Shown: positions 52,311-61,448 of the stretch, in pieces
Layout: every line of letters begins with the position of its first letter
How positions within the stretch are numbered: the stretch's first letter is position 1
NCBI GenBank assembly: GCA_964228865.1
Contig: CAXRAI010000016.1
Coordinates: 54,440-118,439, forward strand
Length of the DNA stretch: 64,000 bases
DNA from: Salinimicrobium sp.
Lineage (GTDB): Archaea > Thermoplasmatota > Poseidoniia > Poseidoniales > Poseidoniaceae
Direction of reading: 5' to 3'
Notes under the pieces: generated by a model
What the model saw: only the letters and a program-made list of their open reading frames with translations
Told to the model about the DNA's origin: nothing
The model's database searches: none
Translations under genes and position numbers: made by a program

Positions 52311-52337
52311 TCATCTTCCTCCAATATGTGTGGAACA

Positions 52338-52637
52338 TCATGCCCATAGGTCGACTCCGATGGCCTTGCGGATGGTGTCACGCAAGGTGTTGTCCTCTTC
52401 CGTGCCGATGCCCAGCACGGTCGGGGTCACTGAAGCAGAGAGCTGCTCGCGCAGCCGCTCTGGAAGGCGGCTCAGGCTCGCGGAGTCGACCACCACGATG
52501 CCCACCTCCTTGCTGTTGAGTAGGGTACGGAGGACGTTGCCCATGGCTTCGTCGTCCGAGGGGTTGTGCAGGTGTGAAATTCCTGCAAGTTGGAAGCCGA
52601 GGGTGAATTCGGGCGTACCGACGACGGCAATTTCCAT
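52338..52637 (-). CDS. atpF: A/V-type ATP synthase subunit F
   Basis: IAVVG..EF.LGF.LAGI and IRKAIGVDL. Confidence 0.95.
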   Translation of the reverse strand: MEIAVVGTPEFTLGFQLAGISHLHNPSDDEAMGNVLRTLLNSKEVGIVVVDSASLSRLPERLREQLSASVTPTVLGIGTEEDNTLRDTIRKAIGVDLWA

Positions 52638-52652
52638 GCATCACACCTCCAT

Positions 52653-53690
52653 TCAAATGACGTGGGCCTCCACCACGTCAGCGGACAATCCCGCCATCAG
52701 TCCGCGCGTGATGATCCGGAGGTCTTTGACCTCCTTGACCTTCATCGCGATGTAGTGCACCACAGGCAGCGCGGAAACCGGATGCAGGTAGCTCATCCGG
52801 TTGAGGTGCGCGTTTTCGCGGGCAGCGAGCCAAGTGATCACAGGGTCCAGCGACATCGCCGCATCCGCTTCTGCAATCGCGGCCTCAAATGCGGCCATGT
52901 CGAAACGGTTGGCGGGGCGAAGAACCTCAAGCAGCGAGGCACGACCGCCGTTGGAAACGAGCGAAAAGGCTCGCTTGGGAATCAGGCGGCCACCGGGAAT
53001 CAACGCTGAGGCCACCTCGTTACCTTCGAGGCCCATGGCGGCGGCCTCAAGCAGGTTCACGATGTTGCGGTGATCGATTTCAGTCGCCAGCAACGCACGA
53101 AGCATGCGAACATCCGCTTGCGACCCACTCAACGATGACGTTGCATTGGCGAAGTAGTGCCGATCCAGGACGTCTTCGTAGGCGGCCAGGGAGGACCCCT
53201 CTGGCATCGCGTTCAACGCAGAGCCGAAGGGTTTCCTTCGCATGAGCACCACGGCCGAGCGAAGGTCGTCGGCGCGCTCGATGATCTGCAACCAAGGCGT
53301 GTTGATGTCGTTGATGTCCGGAAGGATGTCGTGCGCCACGCGCTCAAGGTCCACGTCGTTCACGACCGCGCGAAGCACGGCCTTGGCGTTGTGGTACTCG
53401 AAGCGGTCAGTATAGACCGAAACAATGCGCGCCACTTTGCCTGAACAGAGTTTGATGATGTTGTCCAACTCGTGTTCCAGGTTGTCCGTGAGAGCGGCCT
53501 CGATGAGGTCACCCCCGTCGTAGGTGGCCGCGTAGCGGTCAATTTCCGTTCGGTAACCCAAATCAGCCACGGCGACGGTCAGTTGGTCCGGAGCGTGGTT
53601 GATCAATTGCCGGAGCCGCGCCCTGTCCGCCAACGCCTTGCGACGTGACTTCGCCCGTGAGGCGATGTAGGGTGTGGATCCGAAGCGCAT
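52653..53690 (-). CDS. atpC: A/V-type ATP synthase subunit C
   Basis: Operon position; EIDHRN, LIPGG and K.KEVKDLRII.RG. Confidence 0.92.
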   Translation of the reverse strand: MRFGSTPYIASRAKSRRKALADRARLRQLINHAPDQLTVAVADLGYRTEIDRYAATYDGGDLIEAALTDNLEHELDNIIKLCSGKVARIVSVYTDRFEYHNAKAVLRAVVNDVDLERVAHDILPDINDINTPWLQIIERADDLRSAVVLMRRKPFGSALNAMPEGSSLAAYEDVLDRHYFANATSSLSGSQADVRMLRALLATEIDHRNIVNLLEAAAMGLEGNEVASALIPGGRLIPKRAFSLVSNGGRASLLEVLRPANRFDMAAFEAAIAEADAAMSLDPVITWLAARENAHLNRMSYLHPVSALPVVHYIAMKVKEVKDLRIITRGLMAGLSADVVEAHVI

Positions 53691-53699
53691 GGGTTCACC

Positions 53700-54263
53700 T
53701 CAGTCAAACAGAGCGGCGGTCACCGCGGGCAGGCTGCTGGCCCAAGCACGGTCCAGCAAGGCGTCAAAACGGAAATCGTAGGACACGGAGGCATCCTCTG
53801 CATCGAGGATGAAGCCTCCGAGGCCTTCGGCGTCGTCACCAACCTTCTTTCCGCCAGCGAGGTCGGACACGGCCTTTCGGTCGATGCCCACCGGGCGAAC
53901 GGAGTAGCCCTTGCCGCCGATGTCGTCGGCACGGGCCATCAGGGACTTGAGCAACGCGGCCCTGCCTTTCCACTTGGGGTCGGCAAGGGTGCTCTTGGCT
54001 TGCTCAAGCGTGGCGTCAAGCGCCGCGCGGCGAGCGATCAGCAGGTCCCTCTGGTTGGCTTGACGCGCACTGGCCACGATTTCACGACCGATTTGCTCGG
54101 CGTCACGAGCGGCGCGAGCGGCGGCCTCAGAACGGATGGACTCCGCCTTGGCTTCCGCTTCGGAACGCATCGTGTCGGCCTCGGATTGTGCCGAGGCGGC
54201 GAGCTCATCGGCTTCCGCCTGAGCGGCTGCCGTGATGTCCTTTGCAAGCGATTCAAGCGACAT
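53700..54263 (-). CDS. atpE: A/V-type ATP synthase subunit E
   Basis: MSLE...I helical stalk, LGGFIL...DFRFD C-terminal domain, and operon position. Confidence 0.9.
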   Translation of the reverse strand: MSLESLAKDITAAAQAEADELAASAQSEADTMRSEAEAKAESIRSEAAARAARDAEQIGREIVASARQANQRDLLIARRAALDATLEQAKSTLADPKWKGRAALLKSLMARADDIGGKGYSVRPVGIDRKAVSDLAGGKKVGDDAEGLGGFILDAEDASVSYDFRFDALLDRAWASSLPAVTAALFD

Positions 54264-54306
54264 GGTGTCTCCTCCAACGTCCAGCGCGGGCGCTGCACGT
54301 CCTGGC

Positions 54307-54618
54307 TCAGGGTGCCAGGAAGAGCGGCAAAGCGCCGAGGATCACGATGGACTCGGGAAGCGCGGTGAAGATCAGCGCGGGGCCGAACTTCGAGCCGTCT
54401 TCGGCGAGCATGCCAACGGCAGCGCTGCCAATGGCGGCTTGGGAAATCCCAGCGCCAACGGCGGCAAGGCCGAGGGAAATACCAACGGCGAGGTCGCCGG
54501 TGATGGAGTTCCCAGTGGTGGTCGCACCGTCTTCAGCAGCAGCAACACCCTGAGCAATCAGGGTGATGGCGGCCAAGACGATCATAGTTCGCAGCGTGTT
54601 CTTCAGGGTCTTGTTCAT
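54307..54618 (-). CDS. atpK: A/V-type ATP synthase subunit K (c), single hairpin with N-terminal leader
   Basis: GLAAVGAGISQ..IG.AA.G...E and ALPES carboxylate. ATG 54618 lies 6 nt after GAGGTA. Confidence 0.95.
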   Translation of the reverse strand: MNKTLKNTLRTMIVLAAITLIAQGVAAAEDGATTTGNSITGDLAVGISLGLAAVGAGISQAAIGSAAVGMLAEDGSKFGPALIFTALPESIVILGALPLFLAP

Positions 54619-54651
54619 GTTCACTACCTCTGTGTATGTCCTGTTGGACTG

Positions 54652-56721
54652 TCATGCCCCCTCCACATGGATGCTTCGGCCGCCCACGGGGGAGAAGGGG
54701 ACCCCGGAGCCGTTGTGGAATTTGCCCATCCATTCCACGAAGTGGAGACGGGCAGCGTGAATGCTTGGTGAAAGCAGGCCAAGCGCGATGGCAAAGGCCT
54801 GAATGCCGAGGAACAGGAGGAACGCGATGGCGCCCCAAAGGAAGCCGAGACCACCGGCGGCGAATTGCGTCATCATCACTTCCCACCCCATGGTGATGGA
54901 CACCTCAGCGATCTTGACACCGGCCACGCCAACGCCCATCACACGAAGGTAGGACAGGGTGTTGGCCAGGAGGCCAAAGGTCTCGATTGGACCCATGATG
55001 ATGCCACCGGCCCACCCAAACTTCTCGTAGACCGCCAATCCGATGATGAGGCACACGATGCCAATCAGGACGGCAGCAGAGAACACGTTGAGGGAGAACA
55101 GGTCGCCTTCGTAGGCGATGAAGCGCCGGGCGTGGAAGAAGCCTCCGAGGAGGATGAGGATCCACGAGCCCTTTTCGAAGAAGGCGGCAGCGGCGCCGTG
55201 CGCCTTCAGGACGTTCATGAAACCGATGAGGAAACCAGCCAGCAGGTGGATGACGCCAAGATAGATGGAGAACATCACGTACTCTTCGAGGCCGTGCCCA
55301 GGTTCGGCACGGTGCAGCGGATAGGTCAAGTGGTTCATGCCGAGGAGGGCACCCAGGTCGTCGGAGAGCAAGTCCACTGGCTTGTCAGGGTAGAGGAAGC
55401 CGAGCGGAGAATTGCCGTTGGTGAATTCGTATGTCACCCACGTGTAGTTGTCCCAGACGAATCCGAAACCTTCCGCGAAATAGAAGCCCCAAAGCACGCA
55501 CCAGATGCCCATCCAAAGAAGGATGGTGATGCCGTTCTTGACCACAGGATCCGCGGCCATGGGCTTGGAGCGAAGGAACATGGCCAAGGCCACAATGACC
55601 AAGCCAAAGCCCCAGTCGCCGAGGATGGCCCCGAAAATCATCGGGAAGGTGAACATCATGAGGGTCGTCGGGTCGTAGGTGCCGTAGGAAGGACGGCCGA
55701 CAAGGTCGACCATCAACTCAAACGGCTTGGTCGCCGTAGGGTTGTCAAATTCGACAGGAGGCTCGGGGCCGTGACCATGACCATGGTCATCGTGGTCGTC
55801 ATGCCCGTGGTGGCCGCCGTCCCATGCCTCCACTTCGACCAGCGAAGCGTGTGGATTCAGGGCAGCCCTGACCTCATCGGCGCGGTTGGTGGGGATCCAC
55901 GCGTCCATCGCGAAGGCGCGATCTGCCACGGCCATCTGCGTGGGAGCAGACGCGAGGTGTTCCTGGCGCTCGAGCAACTCATGCACGCACACCAAGTCGC
56001 GGCCGTTGGCCTCGACCCACGCTTCGACGCTGGCCTGGTCCGACGCGATTTTGGCTTCCAGTTTCAGAATGTTCGACTTGGCCTCAGCAACACGCTTTCC
56101 GGCGTTGCCCTCGCCAGCAGGGACTTGAACGACCTTTGCCCCGAGTTGACCGAGCACGATCTGAACTTCGGGGGCATGGGCCGGGCGGCAGGCCACGGCC
56201 ACGATGCGGTCCCTGGCGAGGACCTCGCAATCCTTTGCGAGGTCGCCAAGGGCTTCCTGCACCTTGTTCGCTTTGCTGGTTTCAGCCACGAAGATTTCCA
56301 GCCCAGAGATGCCGGTGAGGAGTTCGAGGGGCACATTGAGCGGCGCGAGACGCGCCATGGCGTCGCGCTCTTCGGCCAGCGCCTGAATCGAGGCTTGAGA
56401 TTCGTCGATGGCACGGAGGAGTTCCATGGCCTTCTCGATGCGCCCCGGGAATGACCCATCGATGAGGGCATTGACTTGCTTTCGGGGCATGGGACCAGAG
56501 GTGTTGATGGCCGACGTTGCAGCCCGCACGGCGCGAACGTTGGTCAGCAGTTCGCCGCGGCCTTCTTGCGAGGCGGCTTGACCCACGCCGATGCCATCCT
56601 CGAATTGCTCGTAAGGTTGGACGTGCACGCATCCGAGGGCATCGCAGGCCGCGAGCACGTCGTCCATCGCGTCGAGTGGGGCCGCCACGGTGAGGCGGGA
56701 CATCTCGACCATTGGGAACAT
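54652..56721 (-). CDS. atpI: A/V-type ATP synthase subunit I (a)
   Basis: PSYGTYDPT, FG.ILGD.GFG, LSYLRV and HAARLHFVEW..KF. Confidence 0.96.
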   Translation of the reverse strand: MFPMVEMSRLTVAAPLDAMDDVLAACDALGCVHVQPYEQFEDGIGVGQAASQEGRGELLTNVRAVRAATSAINTSGPMPRKQVNALIDGSFPGRIEKAMELLRAIDESQASIQALAEERDAMARLAPLNVPLELLTGISGLEIFVAETSKANKVQEALGDLAKDCEVLARDRIVAVACRPAHAPEVQIVLGQLGAKVVQVPAGEGNAGKRVAEAKSNILKLEAKIASDQASVEAWVEANGRDLVCVHELLERQEHLASAPTQMAVADRAFAMDAWIPTNRADEVRAALNPHASLVEVEAWDGGHHGHDDHDDHGHGHGPEPPVEFDNPTATKPFELMVDLVGRPSYGTYDPTTLMMFTFPMIFGAILGDWGFGLVIVALAMFLRSKPMAADPVVKNGITILLWMGIWCVLWGFYFAEGFGFVWDNYTWVTYEFTNGNSPLGFLYPDKPVDLLSDDLGALLGMNHLTYPLHRAEPGHGLEEYVMFSIYLGVIHLLAGFLIGFMNVLKAHGAAAAFFEKGSWILILLGGFFHARRFIAYEGDLFSLNVFSAAVLIGIVCLIIGLAVYEKFGWAGGIIMGPIETFGLLANTLSYLRVMGVGVAGVKIAEVSITMGWEVMMTQFAAGGLGFLWGAIAFLLFLGIQAFAIALGLLSPSIHAARLHFVEWMGKFHNGSGVPFSPVGGRSIHVEGA

Positions 56722-56730
56722 GAGAACACC

Positions 56731-57048
56731 TCAGGCGTCGTGAATGGCATTGAGCAGCAGGTCCACGGCTGCGTCGGTGCGCCCGGAGGCGGAAGAGGTG
56801 AGCGCGTCGGCCGCCTTGGCGCCTTCAGCACGAACCTTGTCGGCTTCAGCTTCGGCCTTGGCGCGGGCTGCGTCGATGGTGGAGCGGGCGTCCGAGGTGG
56901 CGCCCTCGGTGGCCTCGGAAACGGTTTCCGAAGCGGCGCGGCGAGCATCGCCGATCGCCTTGCTGGCGTCCTCTTGTGCCGAGGCGAGTAGCGCGTCGGC
57001 CTCGCTTTGGGCGGACTTGATGCTGCGAAGGACAGATTCCATGCTCAT
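56731..57048 (-). CDS. atpH: A/V-type ATP synthase subunit H (G) peripheral stalk
   Basis: Ala-rich coiled coil (L.SIK.A..EAD); first gene of the operon. ATG 57048 follows GAGGTG. Confidence 0.85.
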   Translation of the reverse strand: MSMESVLRSIKSAQSEADALLASAQEDASKAIGDARRAASETVSEATEGATSDARSTIDAARAKAEAEADKVRAEGAKAADALTSSASGRTDAAVDLLLNAIHDA

Positions 57049-57121
57049 GGTCAACACCTCATCCTTAGCCGACCGGTAGGCGTCCGGTTTATGAGCATGA
57101 TGCCCTGCGTCAAAGGAGGCT

Positions 57122-57874
57122 TCATTCAGGATTCGAAGGCCGAACACCACTGAATCTGGAGGCCATCAAAAACGGCCAGAGCAAACGGCCTTTCACCTGC
57201 TGAAAACCGACCTCCCGCAGCATCTTCCGGTAATACGCGTTGGTCCCGTAATGCGTGTAGGACCTTGCCAGGCCCTTCCATGGGTGATCTTTCTCGCCGG
57301 TGATTCGACGGGCGATGACCTGCACGCCGGTGGCCATCCAGAACCGTCCGAAAAGCCCGTGGATGGCGTTGCCCTTCCCGGCGTCACAAATGACCAATTG
57401 ACCGCCTGGTTTGAGCACACGAAGGATTTCCTCCAACCCCTTTCGCTTGTCTTGGAAATCACGGAACGAAAACAGGCAAAACACCCGGTCGAAGGAGGCG
57501 TCGGGCAAAGGAATCGATTCTGCAATGGCCTCGACGTACGTGGCAGGCGCCTCGCCCTCTGCCGCCCGAACCGCATCAACACGCTTCTTGGCGACCCGCA
57601 GCATCTCCGGCGAGGGATCGAGGCAGGTCAACTCCACGTTTCGAATCGTTTCCGCGAACGACCCAGGCCCACAACCGACCTCGAGGACCTTCATGCCGGG
57701 TGCAGCATGCGCGGCCACGCCGGCCCGCCAACGGCGGTCTTGGCCGAAGGTCATCCAGGTGTTGACACGGTCGTAATGTGGGATGGTGGCTTCCAATTCG
57801 GCTTCCAAAACCGTCCACGCATCGAGGTCGATCCCGGACGGATCGTAGCCGCCGGTGGCTTCCCTCGAAGGCAT
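57122..57874 (-). CDS. UbiE/MenG-family class I SAM methyltransferase
   Basis: YDRVN..MTFGQD.RWR, VLEVGCGPG, D.S.EML, AE.IPLPDASFD and RVLKPGG. Start is MPSRE at 57874. Confidence 0.9.
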   Translation of the reverse strand: MPSREATGGYDPSGIDLDAWTVLEAELEATIPHYDRVNTWMTFGQDRRWRAGVAAHAAPGMKVLEVGCGPGSFAETIRNVELTCLDPSPEMLRVAKKRVDAVRAAEGEAPATYVEAIAESIPLPDASFDRVFCLFSFRDFQDKRKGLEEILRVLKPGGQLVICDAGKGNAIHGLFGRFWMATGVQVIARRITGEKDHPWKGLARSYTHYGTNAYYRKMLREVGFQQVKGRLLWPFLMASRFSGVRPSNPE

Positions 57875-57930
57875 GGCCCGGAGTCGTCGGCCGCCCCCTC
57901 TTGATGCTTCGCTCGCGGCCTGTGGGCCCG

Positions 57931-58731
57931 TTATGCGATGCGTTCCACGGTTTCGGGCGTGATGCACTCCTCGGGCGTCACGCGGAAGACCAGGATGCGG
58001 AGGTTTTCAGGAGCGTTGCGGAACTTGGTCACGGTCATCGAGGTCTCAAAGTCTGTACCGATCGTCCGGACCTTGAATTCCAACACCATGTCAGCGATGC
58101 CGGCCACCTCTTGCCGAAGGCCGGGGGGCAAACCGTCGGATGAGATCGTGACCAACAAGAGGCCGCGAACCATCTGCGTGTGGGCTTGCAGCATACGCAT
58201 CATGGAAATGACCCTGGACGGATCCTCACGTTGAACGAAGAAGTCCATGCTGTCCACCACGGCCCGGAAGTACGGATCGAGGGCCATGACCTCGTTGGTC
58301 ACCTCTGTCAGGAAGTCGCGGTTCTCTGTGTCCACGAATCGGGTTTGAGCCAGGCGCTGAATGTCGGGCAACTGGAAGCCTTCCAACCGGTAACGGCTCG
58401 CCAACAAATCACGTTCCAGCACGCTGGCGTTGTATTCCTCACCGACGGTACGCACCCCGATGTCGAGGGGCCAGTTGTACTTCTCGTAAACACGAATGAT
58501 CTCCTGTTGAGCCTCGTTGGTGGAAATGAGGATGGTGTTCTCTGGCTCTTCCGCGGGTGACGTGAACTGCTTCGCAAACAGCTCCGAGCCAGAACCGGTC
58601 TGAGTGAACGCGACGATCATGAAGCCTCGAGGCACACCGCCGCCCATCACGGCGTCAAACTTCGGGACACCAAAACCGCCGACCTTGCCAAAGAACTCCT
58701 CGTCTTCAGGACTGAAGGTGATGTCTGCCAT
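57931..58731 (-). CDS. KaiC/RAD55-like RecA-fold ATPase with degenerate Walker A
   Basis: FGVPKFDAVMGGGVPRG, TGSGSELF, AVVDS, IADMVLEF and TKFRN. Confidence 0.88.
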   Translation of the reverse strand: MADITFSPEDEEFFGKVGGFGVPKFDAVMGGGVPRGFMIVAFTQTGSGSELFAKQFTSPAEEPENTILISTNEAQQEIIRVYEKYNWPLDIGVRTVGEEYNASVLERDLLASRYRLEGFQLPDIQRLAQTRFVDTENRDFLTEVTNEVMALDPYFRAVVDSMDFFVQREDPSRVISMMRMLQAHTQMVRGLLLVTISSDGLPPGLRQEVAGIADMVLEFKVRTIGTDFETSMTVTKFRNAPENLRILVFRVTPEECITPETVERIA

Positions 58732-58740
58732 GGGTTCACC

Positions 58741-59325
58741 TCACTGAATAACGACCTGCCCACGGTCAATCAGGGCTGTGCAGTACAAATCCAGGTTGGC
58801 CAGCACGAGGGGAGGCGTCTGGTCCGGGACGTTGATCAGCACAGAGAGCACCTCACGCTGCCTGAACGTGTTGATGAAGGTGTGAAGGTACTCTGCAAGC
58901 ATACGGTCGTCGTTGTAAATCGACAAGGCGTTGATGCTGTCAACGAAGACGAAGTTCCGCTCAAAGGTGGAGGTGCGGAGGATGTACAAGGTCCTCAGGA
59001 GGACCGACTCGAGCATGATTGGGCTGTCGACGAAATGCACGTTCGGGTAGGGAACGTCGGTGCCGCCCAGAATACCCGAGGACACCAAGTCAAGGAACTG
59101 AATGTTGCTGACGTCAACCCCGATGGATTCGAAGGCCTGAATGATTTCGACGGCCCCACGGCTGGCCGAGATATAGACGCCCCCCATGCCGAAGGACTGG
59201 ATGAGTGGGAGCATGGTGCTGGCCGTGACCACGAAGGAGTTTGAGTTGCCACAGCGCACCTGAACGGCGCTGTTGAGCGAGACTTCCGTCAGTTGCTCTG
59301 CGATGAGGGCGTCAAGTTCGAACAT
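58741..59325 (-). CDS. Inactivated KaiC/RecA-like domain protein (DUF835/DUF7504-like)
   Basis: GVYIS..R, GVD...IQFLD, FVDSP..L and FVFVDSINAL.IYN, with no P-loop. ATG 59325 is 2 nt after the upstream stop. Confidence 0.75.
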   Translation of the reverse strand: MFELDALIAEQLTEVSLNSAVQVRCGNSNSFVVTASTMLPLIQSFGMGGVYISASRGAVEIIQAFESIGVDVSNIQFLDLVSSGILGGTDVPYPNVHFVDSPIMLESVLLRTLYILRTSTFERNFVFVDSINALSIYNDDRMLAEYLHTFINTFRQREVLSVLINVPDQTPPLVLANLDLYCTALIDRGQVVIQ

Positions 59326-59327
59326 GC

Positions 59328-60119
59328 TCAGGCCCCCCAACGCGTCTTTTGGTCCGAAACCGCGCCCCATTTGAGCATCGGAGTGAGCATCACGCCAAGT
59401 TGGGTCAACTCAATGGAGTGCTTGGCCCGACTGTGCGGCGTACCACGCATCTTCACGACTTGGAGGAAGCGAAGCAGGTGACCCATGCGCTCGACGTCGC
59501 CCATCACGATGATGCCGTCCGCGATGGCCTCTTCCACACCGAAGGACGACCAGTGGGCGTTTTCAGTGGCCGAGGTGATCTCTGAGATGAGCACGGTCGT
59601 GCACCCCAACGTGGCCAATTTCTTGCCAAGGGTAAACAGGAAATCGCGGATGAGCTGTTCGCTCTTGATCTTGTAGCACAAGGTGGTCACCGAATCGATG
59701 ACCAAACGGGTCACACCGATGGTGTTGACGATGTCCACGATGGCTTTGATGAGGGCGTGGACGTCGTCCAAGTCAAAGGTGGCCTTGTCCAAGCCAAGCC
59801 ATGAATACAGCACGTCGACGTCAAAGACGTTGATGAGGCCTGTATCGACCATGTTCATGTCGAAAAAGGAGTACTGGCGGATGTTTTCGAGGAGCTTTAC
59901 GCTCGGCTCTGTTGCCGTAAAGTGGGCGCATGCTTCGCCAGCAAGCGCTCCACGGACCAAGAATTCCATCGCCAACGTCGTCTTACCTGAACCACATGTT
60001 CCGGCCGCCAGCACGGTGGAGCCGTATGGAATCCCCCCACGGAGGATTTCATCCAACCCGTGGATGCCGGTGACGCACCGGTCGCGGGTGTAGACGCTGC
60101 TTGGCATCATGGGCTTCAT
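59328..60119 (-). CDS. KaiC-like (single-domain) ATPase
   Basis: TGI.GLDEIL.GGIP, GTCGSGKT, RLVIDS, FGVEEAIADGII and VVKMRGT.H. Confidence 0.92.
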   Translation of the reverse strand: MKPMMPSSVYTRDRCVTGIHGLDEILRGGIPYGSTVLAAGTCGSGKTTLAMEFLVRGALAGEACAHFTATEPSVKLLENIRQYSFFDMNMVDTGLINVFDVDVLYSWLGLDKATFDLDDVHALIKAIVDIVNTIGVTRLVIDSVTTLCYKIKSEQLIRDFLFTLGKKLATLGCTTVLISEITSATENAHWSSFGVEEAIADGIIVMGDVERMGHLLRFLQVVKMRGTPHSRAKHSIELTQLGVMLTPMLKWGAVSDQKTRWGA

Positions 60120-60168
60120 TCTGTGACGCGGGACCTCGGTTCAAGAAGCATCCGCCGTCGGTTTGACC

Positions 60169-61254
60169 TCAGGCAGCAATGAGCGGGGTCCAATCGCCGG
60201 GGCTGGGTGCGCCGGTCACCGTCCAATCGCTCATGTCACGAACGTCGGTTCCGTTCCACGTGAGCCCGTCGCCTGAGGCAAGAATGTGGCCGGTATCCCC
60301 GCCCCACGCCACGGTTTGCCGCGTGGCAGGAAGGCTGGTCGTCGGATCGGTGTAGTCCACCCGCAATCGGCCCTTGTCGTCGGGAATCACGTCGATTTGC
60401 CCCACGCCGAGCAAACCCACCACGCCAAGGTCGTAGACCTGGGTGGCGTTGCCGGAGTCTTGGGCGTTGACGTCACCGGTGAACACCGCAACACCGCCGC
60501 CGGTGATCAGGCCGTCCAACATCAGGTGGCTGGTGGTGTCTCGTCCGTCTTCGACGTGGAAGGACCACCCCAACAGGCGAACGGCGAAACCCTCAGGATT
60601 GTGCATCTCAAACCACTCTGGTCCACCGTTGTCGGGATGAGGTTGAACCTCCGTGACATGAAGCACCGAGGAGGCACGGCCTCCATCGTGGACCTCAAGC
60701 GAGACCCGGTACAACGCATCCTCACCCACGACCAAACGCGTGGCTCGGCTGGATGTCTCCGCGCCGATGCGCGTGGTTCCCCCTTGGAAAACGGTCGCTT
60801 CGGTGGTCCCGTTGGCGTCCAGCACATCGATGCGAAGGTGCACGTCGAAGGAAGCATCAAGGCCCAATCCCTCGGCAAAACCCTGTTCAGTCACCTTGCC
60901 CAAGGCGGCCAAACGGTCGGCATCGAGCTTCCCGTCCACCACAAGTCCTGCCCGCACACGCCCTTCAAACAGGGCTTCTGCGCTTTCCTCATGCCATGCC
61001 TGAGTCCCGTTGTCCACGTCAGCCTCACCGTCGACCAACGGCACAAACCAACCCTCATCGGCCACCAGCCGATCCAACCCGAGGACAGCCGAGCGGTCCA
61101 AGCGATCGAGGTAGGGGTCATTCGAACCCATCTGCATCTGGGCCAACGCGAGGAAAGCGGTGAGGATCATCAGGAACAGGGTGAAGGCCGAGAGGAACTC
61201 AATGACGGCCGTCAAACCGTCTCGGTCGCGCCGAAGTCCCGACACGTCCCGCAT
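60169..61254 (-). CDS. Archaeal pilin-like (class III signal peptide) protein with lamin-tail-like domain
   Basis: RRDRDG|LTAVIEFL plus a hydrophobic helix; C-terminal VTEV..HP....EWFEMHNP....V.L.GW. Confidence 0.75.
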   Translation of the reverse strand: MRDVSGLRRDRDGLTAVIEFLSAFTLFLMILTAFLALAQMQMGSNDPYLDRLDRSAVLGLDRLVADEGWFVPLVDGEADVDNGTQAWHEESAEALFEGRVRAGLVVDGKLDADRLAALGKVTEQGFAEGLGLDASFDVHLRIDVLDANGTTEATVFQGGTTRIGAETSSRATRLVVGEDALYRVSLEVHDGGRASSVLHVTEVQPHPDNGGPEWFEMHNPEGFAVRLLGWSFHVEDGRDTTSHLMLDGLITGGGVAVFTGDVNAQDSGNATQVYDLGVVGLLGVGQIDVIPDDKGRLRVDYTDPTTSLPATRQTVAWGGDTGHILASGDGLTWNGTDVRDMSDWTVTGAPSPGDWTPLIAA

Positions 61255-61310
61255 GATGCAACCTGGCGCGCACGGGACATGAGCCTGTCGTCAGGATGGC
61301 TTCGCAAAGG

Positions 61311-61393
61311 CGCGGTGAGGGGGATTTGAACCCCCGAGGGTAGAACCCACAGGATTAGCAATCCTGCGCAATACCAGGCTATGCGATCACCGC
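61311..61393 (-). tRNA. tRNA-Ser(GCT)
   Basis: Acceptor stem GCGGTGA/TCACCGC plus discriminator G; anticodon arm CAGGA-TTGCTAA-TCCTG; long variable arm; GGTTCAAATCC T-loop. No intron, and full CCA is not encoded. Confidence 0.97.
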
Positions 61394-61448
61394 AGCGCTC
61401 CGGGCCACCGAAGGTTCGGTCATGAAGGCTGCGGTGAGGGTCGCGGAC

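Noticed and set aside
57931..60119. True KaiABC circadian clock
   Set aside because: These are single-domain proteins with no CII Ser/Thr phosphosites, and no kaiA or kaiB is in the window.
61311..61393. Integrated element at tRNA-Ser
   Set aside because: There is no integrase, no long duplicated tRNA 3' end downstream that I could see, and no evident compositional shift.
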